DNA from: Promethearchaeia archaeon
GTDB taxonomy: Archaea; Asgardarchaeota; Lokiarchaeia; Sigyniarchaeales; SOKP01
Assembly: GCA_029856125.1 (NCBI GenBank)
Contig: JAHQWJ010000062.1
Location: forward strand, 105,658-169,657
Reading direction: 5' to 3'
DNA: 64,000 nt
The stretch's first letter is position 1. Each line of letters opens with the position of its first letter. Shown one piece after another: positions 17,813-28,206 of this stretch. Below the pieces are notes generated by a model, which worked only from the letters and a program-made list of their open reading frames with translations, did no database searches and was not told the origin of the DNA. Made by a program: the position numbers and the translations under genes.

Positions 17813-19591
17813 TTAATTAATTTTTTTAAAATCGAGTGATAAAAAATCTAAAGAATCCAATTCAATTACTGGTACTATACCTGGAGTAGGTACTATCCCA
17901 AAGCTTTTCATAAAGTCAGTTTGAGCTTGAAAACATCCCGAATTTACGAGAGTTACATTCCTGTATTTTCCTATCCCGTTTATATGTATGTGTCCGGTAT
18001 GAAAGATATCAGGGATCTTTTCTACTATTAGATGATCAGTGTCTATAGGAGCAATTTGCGTTTTTCCCCCAAATATTGGAGCAAGATGTCTACATATTAG
18101 AAATTCTTTCATGGTCTCGATCGGTTTATTTATGTCTAAATCGTGAATTAATCTATTAATATCGTGCATACTCTCTCCATGATATATAAGTGTGTTGACA
18201 TTATGAGTTTTAATTAAAGAAGGGTTGCCCAGACATTTGATTCCCATGTCAACTAAATCTTCGCAATATTTCTTTGGTACTGCGGGTCGAGGTATTGCGT
18301 TTCTTACTGGTTCGTGATTTCCAGATACAAAAAATATTTTAATATAGTCCGGAATTTCTAAAAGAAGATCTGAAGCTTTTTTAAATTGTTTATAAATGTC
18401 TGAAATGACGAGATCTTCTTGTTGGTTGGGATATATTCCTATTCCATCAATTAGATCGCCATTGATGACTAAGTACTTTATCTTCCCAGCCTTTTCTCTC
18501 AGGAGTTTATTTTTACTTTTACCGTTTAAAAAATTAATAAATTTAGTAAATAAGCCTTCTTCAAACTCTTTACTTCCAATGTGAATATCGGAAATTAAAG
18601 CGATTGAGAGAGGATCGGGTGATAGGTTAGGCTGAAAATTTGTCGGAATATCTATTTTTGAGATGTAGGAGGCAAAAATTATTCCTTTTCTCCCATGTTC
18701 ACCAGGATTATACAAACCCTTAACGAACACCATCTGATCGTTAAGAGTTCTTTCTATAATTTTGACGGAATCTAAGTTCTCCGAATTATTTTGAATCAGT
18801 ACGCTAATTTTGCCTGTTAAGTCCTCCAATGTAAAAAGAAAATTCCCCTTTTTTGTTTTATGAATTTTATCTACTAAACCTAATGTCGATATTTCAATAC
18901 TATTAGAAATCCTAAATATGTTATTGATATTAGTAGTCGAACTTACTTCCGGTCTTTTTCTGATGAGGTTCTTAAGCTTATTAAATTTGTCAAGCGTTAA
19001 TTCGTAAAAATCATCGTACTTTCCGTCAGTAAATAATTTATTGGTAGGATCTTGAATAATTTCGTAGTTAGATTTATATTCTTTAGCAATAGGTTTAAAT
19101 GTAAAAATAGATTTGGTGGATTCGAATCTTGGAGTTTTTTTCGTGTTTTTCATTTTGGTAATTTGCTTGGGCAAGATATTTGTGTTAGAAGTTTCTTGGC
19201 TTTTGTATTCTGTTTTAGATTTTTCATTAATGGGTGGAAATTCTGATGGGAGATTTTTATCCATTAAGGAGCTCGTAACTGCTTCTTGTTGAAGATTGGA
19301 ATATTCGGATATTTTGTTGGTTTTTTCATGTAATAGCAGAGAATTGGTTTTAGATATGTTGCGTTTCAGCACTCTTTGAAGTTTTTCGTCTGAAATGTCT
19401 TTTATTACAGTTTCCGTTAAGTGGCTCTTAAACGAGGGAATAAAACTTGTTTCCCTAATAAGGAGATTTAAGTTCTTCAACGGATTATTTATGTTCATAA
19501 CATTGTCTAGCATCGTAGGAGATATATTTATACCCGAATTTATTAGTCTATTTAGAATAACCTTTTTCTGCTCTGTGATTTTGGTTTCCAA
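17813..19591 (-). CDS. polB: DNA polymerase D small subunit DP1 (proofreading exonuclease)
   Basis: OB fold (LEDLTG), SDIHIGS, GDLIDGIGIYPNQ, GNHE, YHG, RHLAP, PDIFHTGHIH, QTDF. Confidence 0.96.
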   Translation of the reverse strand: METKITEQKKVILNRLINSGINISPTMLDNVMNINNPLKNLNLLIRETSFIPSFKSHLTETVIKDISDEKLQRVLKRNISKTNSLLLHEKTNKISEYSNLQQEAVTSSLMDKNLPSEFPPINEKSKTEYKSQETSNTNILPKQITKMKNTKKTPRFESTKSIFTFKPIAKEYKSNYEIIQDPTNKLFTDGKYDDFYELTLDKFNKLKNLIRKRPEVSSTTNINNIFRISNSIEISTLGLVDKIHKTKKGNFLFTLEDLTGKISVLIQNNSENLDSVKIIERTLNDQMVFVKGLYNPGEHGRKGIIFASYISKIDIPTNFQPNLSPDPLSIALISDIHIGSKEFEEGLFTKFINFLNGKSKNKLLREKAGKIKYLVINGDLIDGIGIYPNQQEDLVISDIYKQFKKASDLLLEIPDYIKIFFVSGNHEPVRNAIPRPAVPKKYCEDLVDMGIKCLGNPSLIKTHNVNTLIYHGESMHDINRLIHDLDINKPIETMKEFLICRHLAPIFGGKTQIAPIDTDHLIVEKIPDIFHTGHIHINGIGKYRNVTLVNSGCFQAQTDFMKSFGIVPTPGIVPVIELDSLDFLSLDFKKIN

Positions 19592-19859
19592 ATTTGATTC
19601 TCCCGTGATTGAATTATTATGTTTATTAAAAGATAAAGATAAATTGTTTATTATTAAAGAATAAACAATGTTTATAATTATTAGGAGGGCATGCTAATTC
19701 TCATACTTTTATCAAAAACTTTAAATCTCCTCAAATTCAAATAGTTCGATTCAACTAACCTATTAATAAAATATTTTATTTTGAACCAAGAAATTTAACA
19801 TTATGTAACCTAATTTTCAACAATAGGATTAATTATCTTATCAATGTGCGGACACTATT

Positions 19860-22800
19860 ATGGTAGAAATGAGTAAAAAAGTGGAAGACTACTTTTCTCT
19901 GTTGCAAAGAGATGTTGATAGATGCTACGAAATTGCAGAAAAGGCACGCCAAAAAGGACTTGATCCCGAAATGTTTGTAGAATCTCCTCAAGCGAAAGAT
20001 TTAGCTGGAAGAGTAGAAAAACTTGTAGGACCAAAGGGCGTCGCGGATGTGATAAGAGTTTTAAAAAATCAAGGAAAAAACGATGATGAGATTGTGTTTC
20101 AAGTAGTTTCTGACATTCTCAACCAAAAAATCGTAAAAATTGACTCTTTAGAGGAAAGGGTTGAAAGGGCTATCCGGGTAGGTCTTGCTATAAAAACTAT
20201 GGGTGTCGTTAGTGCCCCTCTTGAAGGCATATCAAAAATATTAATACGAGAAGATCGGCACAACAATAAATATTTATCTTTATATTTTGCAGGTCCGATT
20301 AGGGCTGCTGGAGGTACAACAGCCGCTTTATGCGTTCTGATTGCGGATTATGTTAGGAAACGATCAAATATTCCAAAATATGAAGCAACTGAGGGTGAGA
20401 TAGGAAGATTCGTTGAAGAAGTAAAATTATACGATCGGAGAGTTCACTTGCAATATCCCTCATCTAACGATGAAATTCGATACGCCGTAGAACATCTACC
20501 TGTTGAGATAAACGGAGACTCTACTGAAGACGAAGAAGTATCAGCGTTTAGGGAATTACCTAGAATCAAAACGAATAAAATTCGAGGAGGTGCTTGTTTA
20601 GTATTAAACGATGGGATATTGCTTAAAGCTCCAAAACTTCTTAAGATTGCTCAAAATATGAAATTAGAAGGTTGGGATTGGCTAGGAAAACTAAAAGATA
20701 TCGCACAAAAGGAAGAGAAAGAAAACAAAAGGGATGGTTTAGAGAGCAAGTCTACTAATAAAATCATACCTAACTCTAAATATGTTTCTGATATTATCGC
20801 TGGTAGGCCGGTTTTTAGCCATCCTTCCAAAATTGGTGGACACAGAATGCGTTATGGAAGATCACGTAATACCGGATTAGCTGCGGCAGGATTGCATCCT
20901 GCAACTATGACTATTTTGGACAGTTTTATAGCAATTGGAACACAATTGAGAATTGAAAGACCTGGAAAAAGCACAAGTATTTGTCCTGTGGACTCGATAG
21001 AACCACCGATAGTAAAACTCAAAAATGGGAGCGTAGTAAGGGTTTCGAGCGCAAAAAAAGGAAAAGAACTCTTTCCAGACATCAAAGAAATTCTTTTTCT
21101 GGGAGATATTCTCTTTGGATTTGGGGAGTTTTCTGAAAATAACCACAAACTGGTCCCATCTGGGTATGTTGAAGAATGGTGGGCTTTAGAGTTAGAGGAA
21201 GCATTAAAAACAGAACTAGGATCAAACAACGAATCACATAAATTTATCGAGGATCCCTTTAATAACATTCCCTCGGCAAAGGAAGCTATCAATTTAGCAA
21301 AAAAATTTGCTGTACCCTTGCATCCTAAATACACCGATTATTGGGGAAACATTTCCGTAAGTGATTTAAGTACTTTAAGAGAAGCTTTGACTACTGGCTT
21401 TGATGATAAGACTAAGAAAATAAATTTAAAAAATAGAACTTCTATAAAAGAAATTCTAGAAAGAGCTTTTATTCCTCATATAGTTGATGAAAATTGCTTA
21501 ATTCTTGATGATGCAACAGTAGAAATATACGAAACTATATTCAATTTAAACCATAAGGAATTTATTGATATGAAAAAAGAAGACAATGTCTTCGATTATT
21601 TTTCGAGCATTTCTCCCATCAAAATTAGAAATAAAGCTCCTTATTTTATGGGAACTCGCATGGGACGCCCTGAGAAGTCTGAAAGAAAAAGCATGAAAGG
21701 CGTTCAAAGCTTATTTCCTCTCAGTGTAAAAGTTGGGAATACAAGATTGGTACGGAAGGCGATTGAGCTGGGAAGAATAAAAATTGATATATGTAGAAAA
21801 AAATGTCCGAAATGTTCCTCAATTACTCCATTTAACCTATGCCCTAAATGCGGATCTCATACTGAATTTCAGAAAATGTGCCTAAAATGTAATAAATATT
21901 ACACTAAAAACGAAAATAAGTGCCAGCAATGCGGAGGTTTATTAGCCTTCTCTAAGGAAGCTTCTTTTAATATACAAAACTATTCAAAAACAATACTCAG
22001 CTCATTAAATATGTCTCTCCCGGACAAATTTAAAGGAATTCTAGGATTGACAAATAAATTTAAAGTACCAGAACCGCTACTGAAGGGAATTCTTAGAGCC
22101 AAAAATGGGTTATTGGTGTATAAAACCGCAGAAATTCGATACGACGCTACAGATATTCCATTAACTCATTTCAAACCTAAAGAAATTGCCACACCTGTGA
22201 GTAGGTTAATTGAATTGGGATATGAATTTGACTATAAAACTAACGAATTAAATAACGAAAATCAGATCTTAGAGCTTCAAGTACAGGATGTCATCCTTTC
22301 AGACGATTGTGCTAAGTACTTTATAAAACTTGCTAACTTTATAGACGACGAATTAGAATTGTTTTATAATCTAGACAAATTTTACAGTATCACTAAGAGA
22401 GAAGATTTAATTGGTCATTTAGTTGTAGGACTTGCTCCTCATACAAGCGCGGGAATTATAGGTAGAATCATTGGTTTTTCGCCCGCACGATCGATTTACG
22501 CCCACCCCTTTTGGCACGCAGCGAAACGTAGAAACTGCGATGGAGATGAAGATGGAATTATGCTTCTTTTAGATCCACTTTTAAATTTCTCGAGGTATTA
22601 TTTACCAAACAAAATAGGAGGTAGAATGGACGCTACCTTAGTGATATCCTCTTTATTAGACCCTAATGAAATCGATAGTGAAGCTCATAATATCGACACA
22701 TTGTTTAAGTATCCCCTCGAGTTTTATGAGGCAACACAGGAATATTTTATGCCATTTGAGATAGAAAAGAAAATGGGTTTAGTGAAAAACCGGTTAGGAA

Positions 22801-23294
22801 CATCAGCGCAATACGAAAACCTGGGTTTCAACATACCAACTAACGATATTAACAACGGTCCTATAACTACAGCATATAAGACCTATGCAAGTATGGAAGA
22901 TAAAATAGATGCGCAACTGCACCTAGCTAAAATTATAAAAGCCGTCAACGATAAAAAGGTTGCTGAGAAGATTTTGACAACACACTTTAATCCCGATATA
23001 ATGGGAAACCTAAGAAAATATGCTTTACAGACTTTCAGGTGCGTGAAATGTAACGAGAAATATAGACGCCCACCTCTCTCTAATGCGGGAAAATGTACAA
23101 AATGTGGAGGTAATGTTATATTGACCGTTAATCGCGGTGGAATTGAAAAATATATTCCCAAAGCTTTAAAACTTAGCAGAGATTTTGATTTGGACGATTA
23201 TACTATACAACGGATGGAACTAATAAAAGAATATGTTGAAAGTCTAACAAATAATCCCAAGATTAAGCAACAAAAGCTAGCCGACTTTTTTTAA
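19860..23294 (+). CDS. polC: DNA polymerase D large subunit DP2, no intein
   Basis: FAGPIRAAGGT, RYGRSRNTG, GYVEEWW, GLAPHTSAG, AAKRRNCDGDED; C-terminal PIP box QQKLADFF. Confidence 0.98.
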   Translation: MVEMSKKVEDYFSLLQRDVDRCYEIAEKARQKGLDPEMFVESPQAKDLAGRVEKLVGPKGVADVIRVLKNQGKNDDEIVFQVVSDILNQKIVKIDSLEERVERAIRVGLAIKTMGVVSAPLEGISKILIREDRHNNKYLSLYFAGPIRAAGGTTAALCVLIADYVRKRSNIPKYEATEGEIGRFVEEVKLYDRRVHLQYPSSNDEIRYAVEHLPVEINGDSTEDEEVSAFRELPRIKTNKIRGGACLVLNDGILLKAPKLLKIAQNMKLEGWDWLGKLKDIAQKEEKENKRDGLESKSTNKIIPNSKYVSDIIAGRPVFSHPSKIGGHRMRYGRSRNTGLAAAGLHPATMTILDSFIAIGTQLRIERPGKSTSICPVDSIEPPIVKLKNGSVVRVSSAKKGKELFPDIKEILFLGDILFGFGEFSENNHKLVPSGYVEEWWALELEEALKTELGSNNESHKFIEDPFNNIPSAKEAINLAKKFAVPLHPKYTDYWGNISVSDLSTLREALTTGFDDKTKKINLKNRTSIKEILERAFIPHIVDENCLILDDATVEIYETIFNLNHKEFIDMKKEDNVFDYFSSISPIKIRNKAPYFMGTRMGRPEKSERKSMKGVQSLFPLSVKVGNTRLVRKAIELGRIKIDICRKKCPKCSSITPFNLCPKCGSHTEFQKMCLKCNKYYTKNENKCQQCGGLLAFSKEASFNIQNYSKTILSSLNMSLPDKFKGILGLTNKFKVPEPLLKGILRAKNGLLVYKTAEIRYDATDIPLTHFKPKEIATPVSRLIELGYEFDYKTNELNNENQILELQVQDVILSDDCAKYFIKLANFIDDELELFYNLDKFYSITKREDLIGHLVVGLAPHTSAGIIGRIIGFSPARSIYAHPFWHAAKRRNCDGDEDGIMLLLDPLLNFSRYYLPNKIGGRMDATLVISSLLDPNEIDSEAHNIDTLFKYPLEFYEATQEYFMPFEIEKKMGLVKNRLGTSAQYENLGFNIPTNDINNGPITTAYKTYASMEDKIDAQLHLAKIIKAVNDKKVAEKILTTHFNPDIMGNLRKYALQTFRCVKCNEKYRRPPLSNAGKCTKCGGNVILTVNRGGIEKYIPKALKLSRDFDLDDYTIQRMELIKEYVESLTNNPKIKQQKLADFF

Positions 23295-23429
23295 GAATTT
23301 GGTATCGTGACAAATATCTAAACAGCCGTTCAAATTTACACTTTTTACTTTCTGAAATTATCTTAAAACTAAGTCTATAATTAAACTAAAAAATCTTTTT
23401 TTTTTAATTACTCTTATAATTAATATTGA

Positions 23430-23514
23430 TGCAGGAGGAGGGATTCGAACCCTCGAACTCCTATGAGACTAGAGCCTCGGTCTAGCACCGTTGACCAGGC
23501 TTGGCAACTCCTGC
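23430..23514 (-). tRNA. tRNA-Leu(GAG), no intron, C at position 33
   Basis: Acceptor stem GCAGGAG/CTCCTGC, anticodon arm CTAGA-CCGAGGC-TCTAG, long variable arm, GGTTCGAATCC, discriminator A. Confidence 0.93.
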
Positions 23515-23662
23515 TTGATATTACGAGTAAAAAATGTTTTAATTCTTTAAAGATTAAACTACAAATAAAACTTATTTTAATCGAATTAAATTAATGAAAA
23601 GTTAAAAATTTTATTTGTTTAGATTCTTTTATCATTTAAGTATTATTTTAGAACTGATTTAT

Positions 23663-24460
23663 ATGTTTAAGTACGAAAAAATTAAAGTTGAGTTAAACGA
23701 ATCCAATGGGATCGTAACCCTTTATTTTAACAGACCAAAATCAAGAAATGCTTTTAATTTTAACCTAGTAAGTGAATTCTGCTTAGCTATGAATGATTTG
23801 AAATCTTTAAAATCGTTAAAATGCCTTATTATCACGGGAATGGGGAAAATTTTTTCCGTAGGGGGCGATATAAAAGAATTTAAAGAAGCTAAAGACCCCC
23901 AAGAGTATATGGGTAAACTAGCAGATAAACTCCACGAAGGAATAAAATTATTGAAGGATTTGCGAGTGCCGTCTTTAGCGGCGATAAATGGTCCATGTTT
24001 TGGTGCGTCTCTTGGATACGCTTGTAGTTGTGATATAAGAATCTGCCGCGATAGTGCAAATTTTGGAGCTGCCTTCGCAGGGATTGGATTGTCACCTGAT
24101 TCTTCAACATCTTATTACTTGCCAAAATTAGTAGGGTTATCCCTTGCAACAGAAATGATTCTCTTAAATCGAACAATAACAGCAAAGGAAGCTAAGAATT
24201 TTGGGTTGGTATCGATGACTATTTCAGATGAAAAAGATTTCTTAAGTGAAGTAAAGAAAATTGCGTTAAAAGTAAGCCAAGGTCCTACAATCGCTTATCA
24301 AAATATAAAAGATCTTTTAAATAATTCCTACAAAAACGATCTTATATCGCATTTAGAAAATGAATCTGAAAAAATAAAAATTTGTGCTGGGACTAAAGAT
24401 TTTCAAGAAGGCATTAATGCGTTCTTAGAGAAGAGAAAACCAATTTTTAAGGGTGAGTGA
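23663..24460 (+). CDS. Enoyl-CoA hydratase/isomerase family protein
   Basis: FNRPKSRNA, FSVGGDI, AAINGPCFGA, IGLSPD, DFQEGINAFLEKRKPIFKG. Confidence 0.92.
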   Translation: MFKYEKIKVELNESNGIVTLYFNRPKSRNAFNFNLVSEFCLAMNDLKSLKSLKCLIITGMGKIFSVGGDIKEFKEAKDPQEYMGKLADKLHEGIKLLKDLRVPSLAAINGPCFGASLGYACSCDIRICRDSANFGAAFAGIGLSPDSSTSYYLPKLVGLSLATEMILLNRTITAKEAKNFGLVSMTISDEKDFLSEVKKIALKVSQGPTIAYQNIKDLLNNSYKNDLISHLENESEKIKICAGTKDFQEGINAFLEKRKPIFKGE

Positions 24461-24601
24461 CCTTCCCGGCGTTTAATTGTTGATGCAATCGTCTAACTAG
24501 TTACTTCCTACTTTTTTATATTAAATAAATTTTTATGCAAGAATATTTACATATTAATATCATAGTGCTATTTAATTCCTAAAAAAAGATGTTATAAGAG
24601 A

Positions 24602-25618
24602 TTGTCGGTCGATACAAAAAAATTAGCAGCGTTATTAGAGTGGTACAAGCAAAGTCTGGGTGACAATTTAGTTGCTGCCCTTGTAGTAAATAGAGACGGA
24701 TTGATCATGGATTCTTTAGTAGGGGATTTGGAAAAATCGCTTAGCGAAGAAATAATTAGTGGATTAAGTGCTTTAGTAGAACCAGTTTTAACTAGAATTA
24801 CGGAAGAATTTAGTTCAGGATCCTTTGGAACGGGAACCTTCGATACAGAAGATTATAGGTTCATATTTTGCGAATCTGGGCCAGAAGCAGTTTTAGTTAC
24901 TGTTCTGGAGGCTATAGCAGGTGTTGATTCTGTTTTCCCTTATGCTTATTTAGCTGCTGAAAAGATCGCGAGGATTTTTGACGGTAGAACTGTAAGCCCC
25001 GTAATACCTAAATTAGTTGCAGACAGTGGTGCTAACAATGTTCAGCGAAAACTGGAAAAACTTCAAAAGGTTAATATCAAATCGGGAGAATATGCCTTTA
25101 AGTTAATTCTAGGAGGTGACGGAGCAGTAGGTAAAACGAGTATGGTGCATAGGTATGTTGAAAATAAGTTTGAGACCGATTATAAATCTACTATTGGGAC
25201 TTCTATTATGAAGAAGGAATGTACGTTTAAAGAACTTAAAAGCAAGGTAAGGTTTGTAATATGGGATTTAGCAGGTCAAGCTCAGTTTAAACGCGTTAGA
25301 CAGTCGTATTTAGCTAACGCCGAAGCGGGTCTTCTAGTCTACGACGTAACTAATCGATCTAGTTTCGAAAATATTGATAAAAATTGGTACCGTGAGATTA
25401 AAAAAGCGTCCCCTAATATTGTACTCATTTTAGTGGGAAATAAAATAGACCTAGAGTCTAATAGAGTAGTGTCTCGCGACGAAGGAGAGACATTAGCACA
25501 AAAATTGACATTGACTTATGTCGAAACCTCTGCTAAAACAGGAGAAAATGTAAATGATGCCTTCAAAATGCTTGCTTTACAAATAATTAAAAAATTTATT
25601 GAAACTCAAGACTTTTAA
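24602..25618 (+). CDS. Roadblock/LC7 domain fused to Rab-like small GTPase
   Basis: N-terminal AALVVNRDGLIMDS (roadblock); GDGAVGKTS, STIG, WDLAGQ, GNKID, ETSAKTG. Confidence 0.9.
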   Translation: MSVDTKKLAALLEWYKQSLGDNLVAALVVNRDGLIMDSLVGDLEKSLSEEIISGLSALVEPVLTRITEEFSSGSFGTGTFDTEDYRFIFCESGPEAVLVTVLEAIAGVDSVFPYAYLAAEKIARIFDGRTVSPVIPKLVADSGANNVQRKLEKLQKVNIKSGEYAFKLILGGDGAVGKTSMVHRYVENKFETDYKSTIGTSIMKKECTFKELKSKVRFVIWDLAGQAQFKRVRQSYLANAEAGLLVYDVTNRSSFENIDKNWYREIKKASPNIVLILVGNKIDLESNRVVSRDEGETLAQKLTLTYVETSAKTGENVNDAFKMLALQIIKKFIETQDF

Positions 25619-25622
25619 GAAG

Positions 25623-25712
25623 AGCCTTTGGGGGGAGTTGAACCCCCGATCTACTGATGATTCGAATCGAACATTTTACGAATCAGTTGCTCTACGACTA
25701 AGCCACAAAGGC
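25623..25712 (-). tRNA. tRNA-Thr(CGU) with 18-nt canonical 37/38 intron (25659-25676)
   Basis: Acceptor GCCTTTG/CAAAGGC; ACTGA-TTCGTA^A-TCAGT. Strict BHB: TTCG/CGAA helix, bulges TAA and TCA, inner stem AAT/ATT. Confidence 0.93.
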
Positions 25713-25764
25713 AAACGAATTATTATAAAAATTATAAATTTTAGAAAACTATAAAATTTTACTA

Positions 25765-26781
25765 ATGAAACAAAACGAAATTATTAGTTTTTACGGTGAA
25801 TCTAGACTAATAGATTTGATAGATGAGGTAATTTATGGCAAAACAGGCAAAAGGTTACGAAGAGACGATTCTTTTTTTTTTAAATATAAATACGAAAAAG
25901 AAGGAAAATGTCTTGTTCTTAACTCAGACATGTTTAACGCTACAACTGATGCTCCAAAACAAATGAATTTCTATCAAATGGGACTTAAGTCTGTTCTCAT
26001 GAATCTTAGCGACCTCGTCGTTAAGGGTGTAAAACCAGAAGGTATAATAGTTTCGTTAGGGCTTCCTAATGATTTACCGATAGTAAGTTTTAAACGATTA
26101 ATAGAGGGTATTGTCGACTACTCGAAAAAATGGAATCTTAACTATCTGGGTGGCGATCTTAACACTTCAAAAGAGATTATCATAAGTCCAACTGTGTTTG
26201 GTTTTAAAAATCCTAAGGAGATAATCTATCGGAAAGGTATAAAACCAGGGGATGTGCTAGCAATAAACAACAAATTTGGTTTAACTGGTGTTGGTTTTGA
26301 TATTCTCTTACACAAAGGTGCGAATGTTAAAGATTTCTCTAAATATCGCGTGGCAATAAATAGTGTTTTGGAACCAAACGATTTGGGAAAAGAAGCGTAT
26401 ATATTGGCAAATAATAATTTAGCTACGGCTAGTATAGACTCTTCTGATGGCTTATCAAAAACTTTGAAAGACCTAACTTTATCTAATCCTAATTTGGGCT
26501 TTGAAATTGATTTCGATGATAATTTAATTCACGAAAAAGCTATGGAATACTCAAAAGAATTTTCTATATCGTTAGAAAAATTGATTTTTGAAGGGGGAGA
26601 GGAATTCATTCATCTATTTGCAATTGAATCCAACGATTTTGTTAAAGCTCAAAGGTTAGTTAAATCTAAAGGAGGGAGGTTATTTAAAGTGGGAAAAGCA
26701 ATTTCTGACGAGAATATCTATTTTTTAAAGAAGGGTAAAAGGTGTGTATTAAAAAATCAAGGCTATGAACATTTCAAGTAG
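25765..26781 (+). CDS. thiL: Thiamine-monophosphate kinase
   Basis: GESRLI, NLSDL, LGGDLN, SIDSSDGL, GGEEF, GYEHF. Confidence 0.92.
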   Translation: MKQNEIISFYGESRLIDLIDEVIYGKTGKRLRRDDSFFFKYKYEKEGKCLVLNSDMFNATTDAPKQMNFYQMGLKSVLMNLSDLVVKGVKPEGIIVSLGLPNDLPIVSFKRLIEGIVDYSKKWNLNYLGGDLNTSKEIIISPTVFGFKNPKEIIYRKGIKPGDVLAINNKFGLTGVGFDILLHKGANVKDFSKYRVAINSVLEPNDLGKEAYILANNNLATASIDSSDGLSKTLKDLTLSNPNLGFEIDFDDNLIHEKAMEYSKEFSISLEKLIFEGGEEFIHLFAIESNDFVKAQRLVKSKGGRLFKVGKAISDENIYFLKKGKRCVLKNQGYEHFK

Positions 26782-26928
26782 CTTAACATAGGGGAATCAT
26801 TCACGGAAGGTACTACATAGATGATTACAGAAAAAGTTATAAATTATTATAGATTTACTCTATTGCATTTTCTTTTAATAGCATTTTTTCAAGTTTTATA
26901 TTTTATCTCGATGCTAGTCTTAAGAATT

Positions 26929-27032
26929 GGGCCATTAGCGCAGGCAGGTAGCGCAGCAGGCTTTTAACCTGAAGGTCGTGGGTTCGATATGTTTGTTCGT
27001 GTAGTACAAATGCGAAATTCCCACATGGCCCG
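26929..27032 (+). tRNA. tRNA-Lys(UUU) with 30-nt non-canonical intron in the T-loop (59/60; 26989-27018)
   Basis: Acceptor GGGCCAT/ATGGCCC, anticodon loop CTTTTAA. BHB: TTCG/CGAA helix, bulges ATA and ATT, inner stem TGTTTGT/ACAAATG. Splicing gives T-loop TTCGATT. Confidence 0.92.
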
Positions 27033-27179
27033 CAATTCTCTATAAATCCGTACTACAATAAAATTTAAATCAAAAATATGTGTTCGTTTTTCATTTTCTA
27101 GTTTGAATCCAACAATCGATAAACATTAATTTCACCAAGAATTACTATTTGTAATATTATCCCTTTACAGTTAATCCGT

Positions 27180-28190
27180 ATGCAAAATTCAGAATTTAGA
27201 TTACCTTCTGATGAATCAGAACAATTACTCGTAAAATCCCAAGATGTTACTAATGAAGATTATGGATGTGAACCTTACAAAAGAAAGATAGAGGACTTAT
27301 TAAAATATGGTGTTATAAATTTAGATAAACCAAGTGGTCCCACAAGTCATGAAGTAGTTTCGTGGGCTCGTAAAATTATAGAAATTGATAACGCAGGACA
27401 TGGGGGGACCTTAGATCCAAAAGTTACTGGAGTATTACCATGTGCACTTGGAAAAGCTACCAGGGTTCTATCGGCTTTATTGTATGCTGGGAAAGAATAC
27501 GTAGGAGTTATGCTATTACATGGACCAGAAAATGTAAAAAAAATTGAAAAAGCGTTCAAAATTTTTACGGGTAAAATTTATCAAACTCCTCCAATTAAAT
27601 CCTCAGTTGTGAGAAGATTAAGAGTAAGAGAGATTTACTACTCGAAAGTCCTAGAAATAAATAATAACCACATCTTGTTTAAAGTTGGATGTGAAGCGGG
27701 TACGTACATTCGAAAACTTTGTTTTGATATCGGTGAAGCTTTATGCTCGGGAGCTCATATGTTGGAGTTAAGGCGAACGAGGGTAGGTCATTTCAGAGAA
27801 GACGAGAGTTTAATAACTCTGCAAAATCTAAAAGATGCTTACACCATTTACAGAAACGAAGATGACGATTCTTATTTAAGGAAAATAGTTTTTCCTATGG
27901 AGAAGATCGTATCACATATTCCCAAAATTTACGTAAGAGATACTGCTGTTGATGCGTTATGCCACGGAGCAGACTTAGCTTCTGCTGGAGTGTGTTATAT
28001 TGATGCGAGAATTCAACCTGACATGCAAATTGTCTATATGACACTCAAAAAAGAATTAATAGGTTTTGGCACATCTAAAATGGAAGCCATGAAAATCTAC
28101 AAAGCAAAATCAGGAATTATTGCTAATACGAATAAAATTTTTATGGAACGAGGTGTCTATCCAAGGTGGAACGAAATTAAAACCAAATAG
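27180..28190 (+). CDS. cbf5: H/ACA pseudouridine synthase Cbf5
   Basis: LDKPSGPTSHEV, GHGGTLDPKVTGVL, CEAGTYIRKLC, C-terminal PUA domain. Confidence 0.96.
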   Translation: MQNSEFRLPSDESEQLLVKSQDVTNEDYGCEPYKRKIEDLLKYGVINLDKPSGPTSHEVVSWARKIIEIDNAGHGGTLDPKVTGVLPCALGKATRVLSALLYAGKEYVGVMLLHGPENVKKIEKAFKIFTGKIYQTPPIKSSVVRRLRVREIYYSKVLEINNNHILFKVGCEAGTYIRKLCFDIGEALCSGAHMLELRRTRVGHFREDESLITLQNLKDAYTIYRNEDDDSYLRKIVFPMEKIVSHIPKIYVRDTAVDALCHGADLASAGVCYIDARIQPDMQIVYMTLKKELIGFGTSKMEAMKIYKAKSGIIANTNKIFMERGVYPRWNEIKTK

Positions 28191-28206
28191 GAAAAGATTG
28201 ACGGCC

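Noticed and set aside
19860-23294. Inteins in DP2 (also considered for rpoB, rtcB, nrdD, cdc6)
   Set aside because: Lengths are normal and catalytic motifs are uninterrupted.
27180-28190. Crenarchaeal-type intron in cbf5
   Set aside because: The ORF is continuous with all motifs contiguous.
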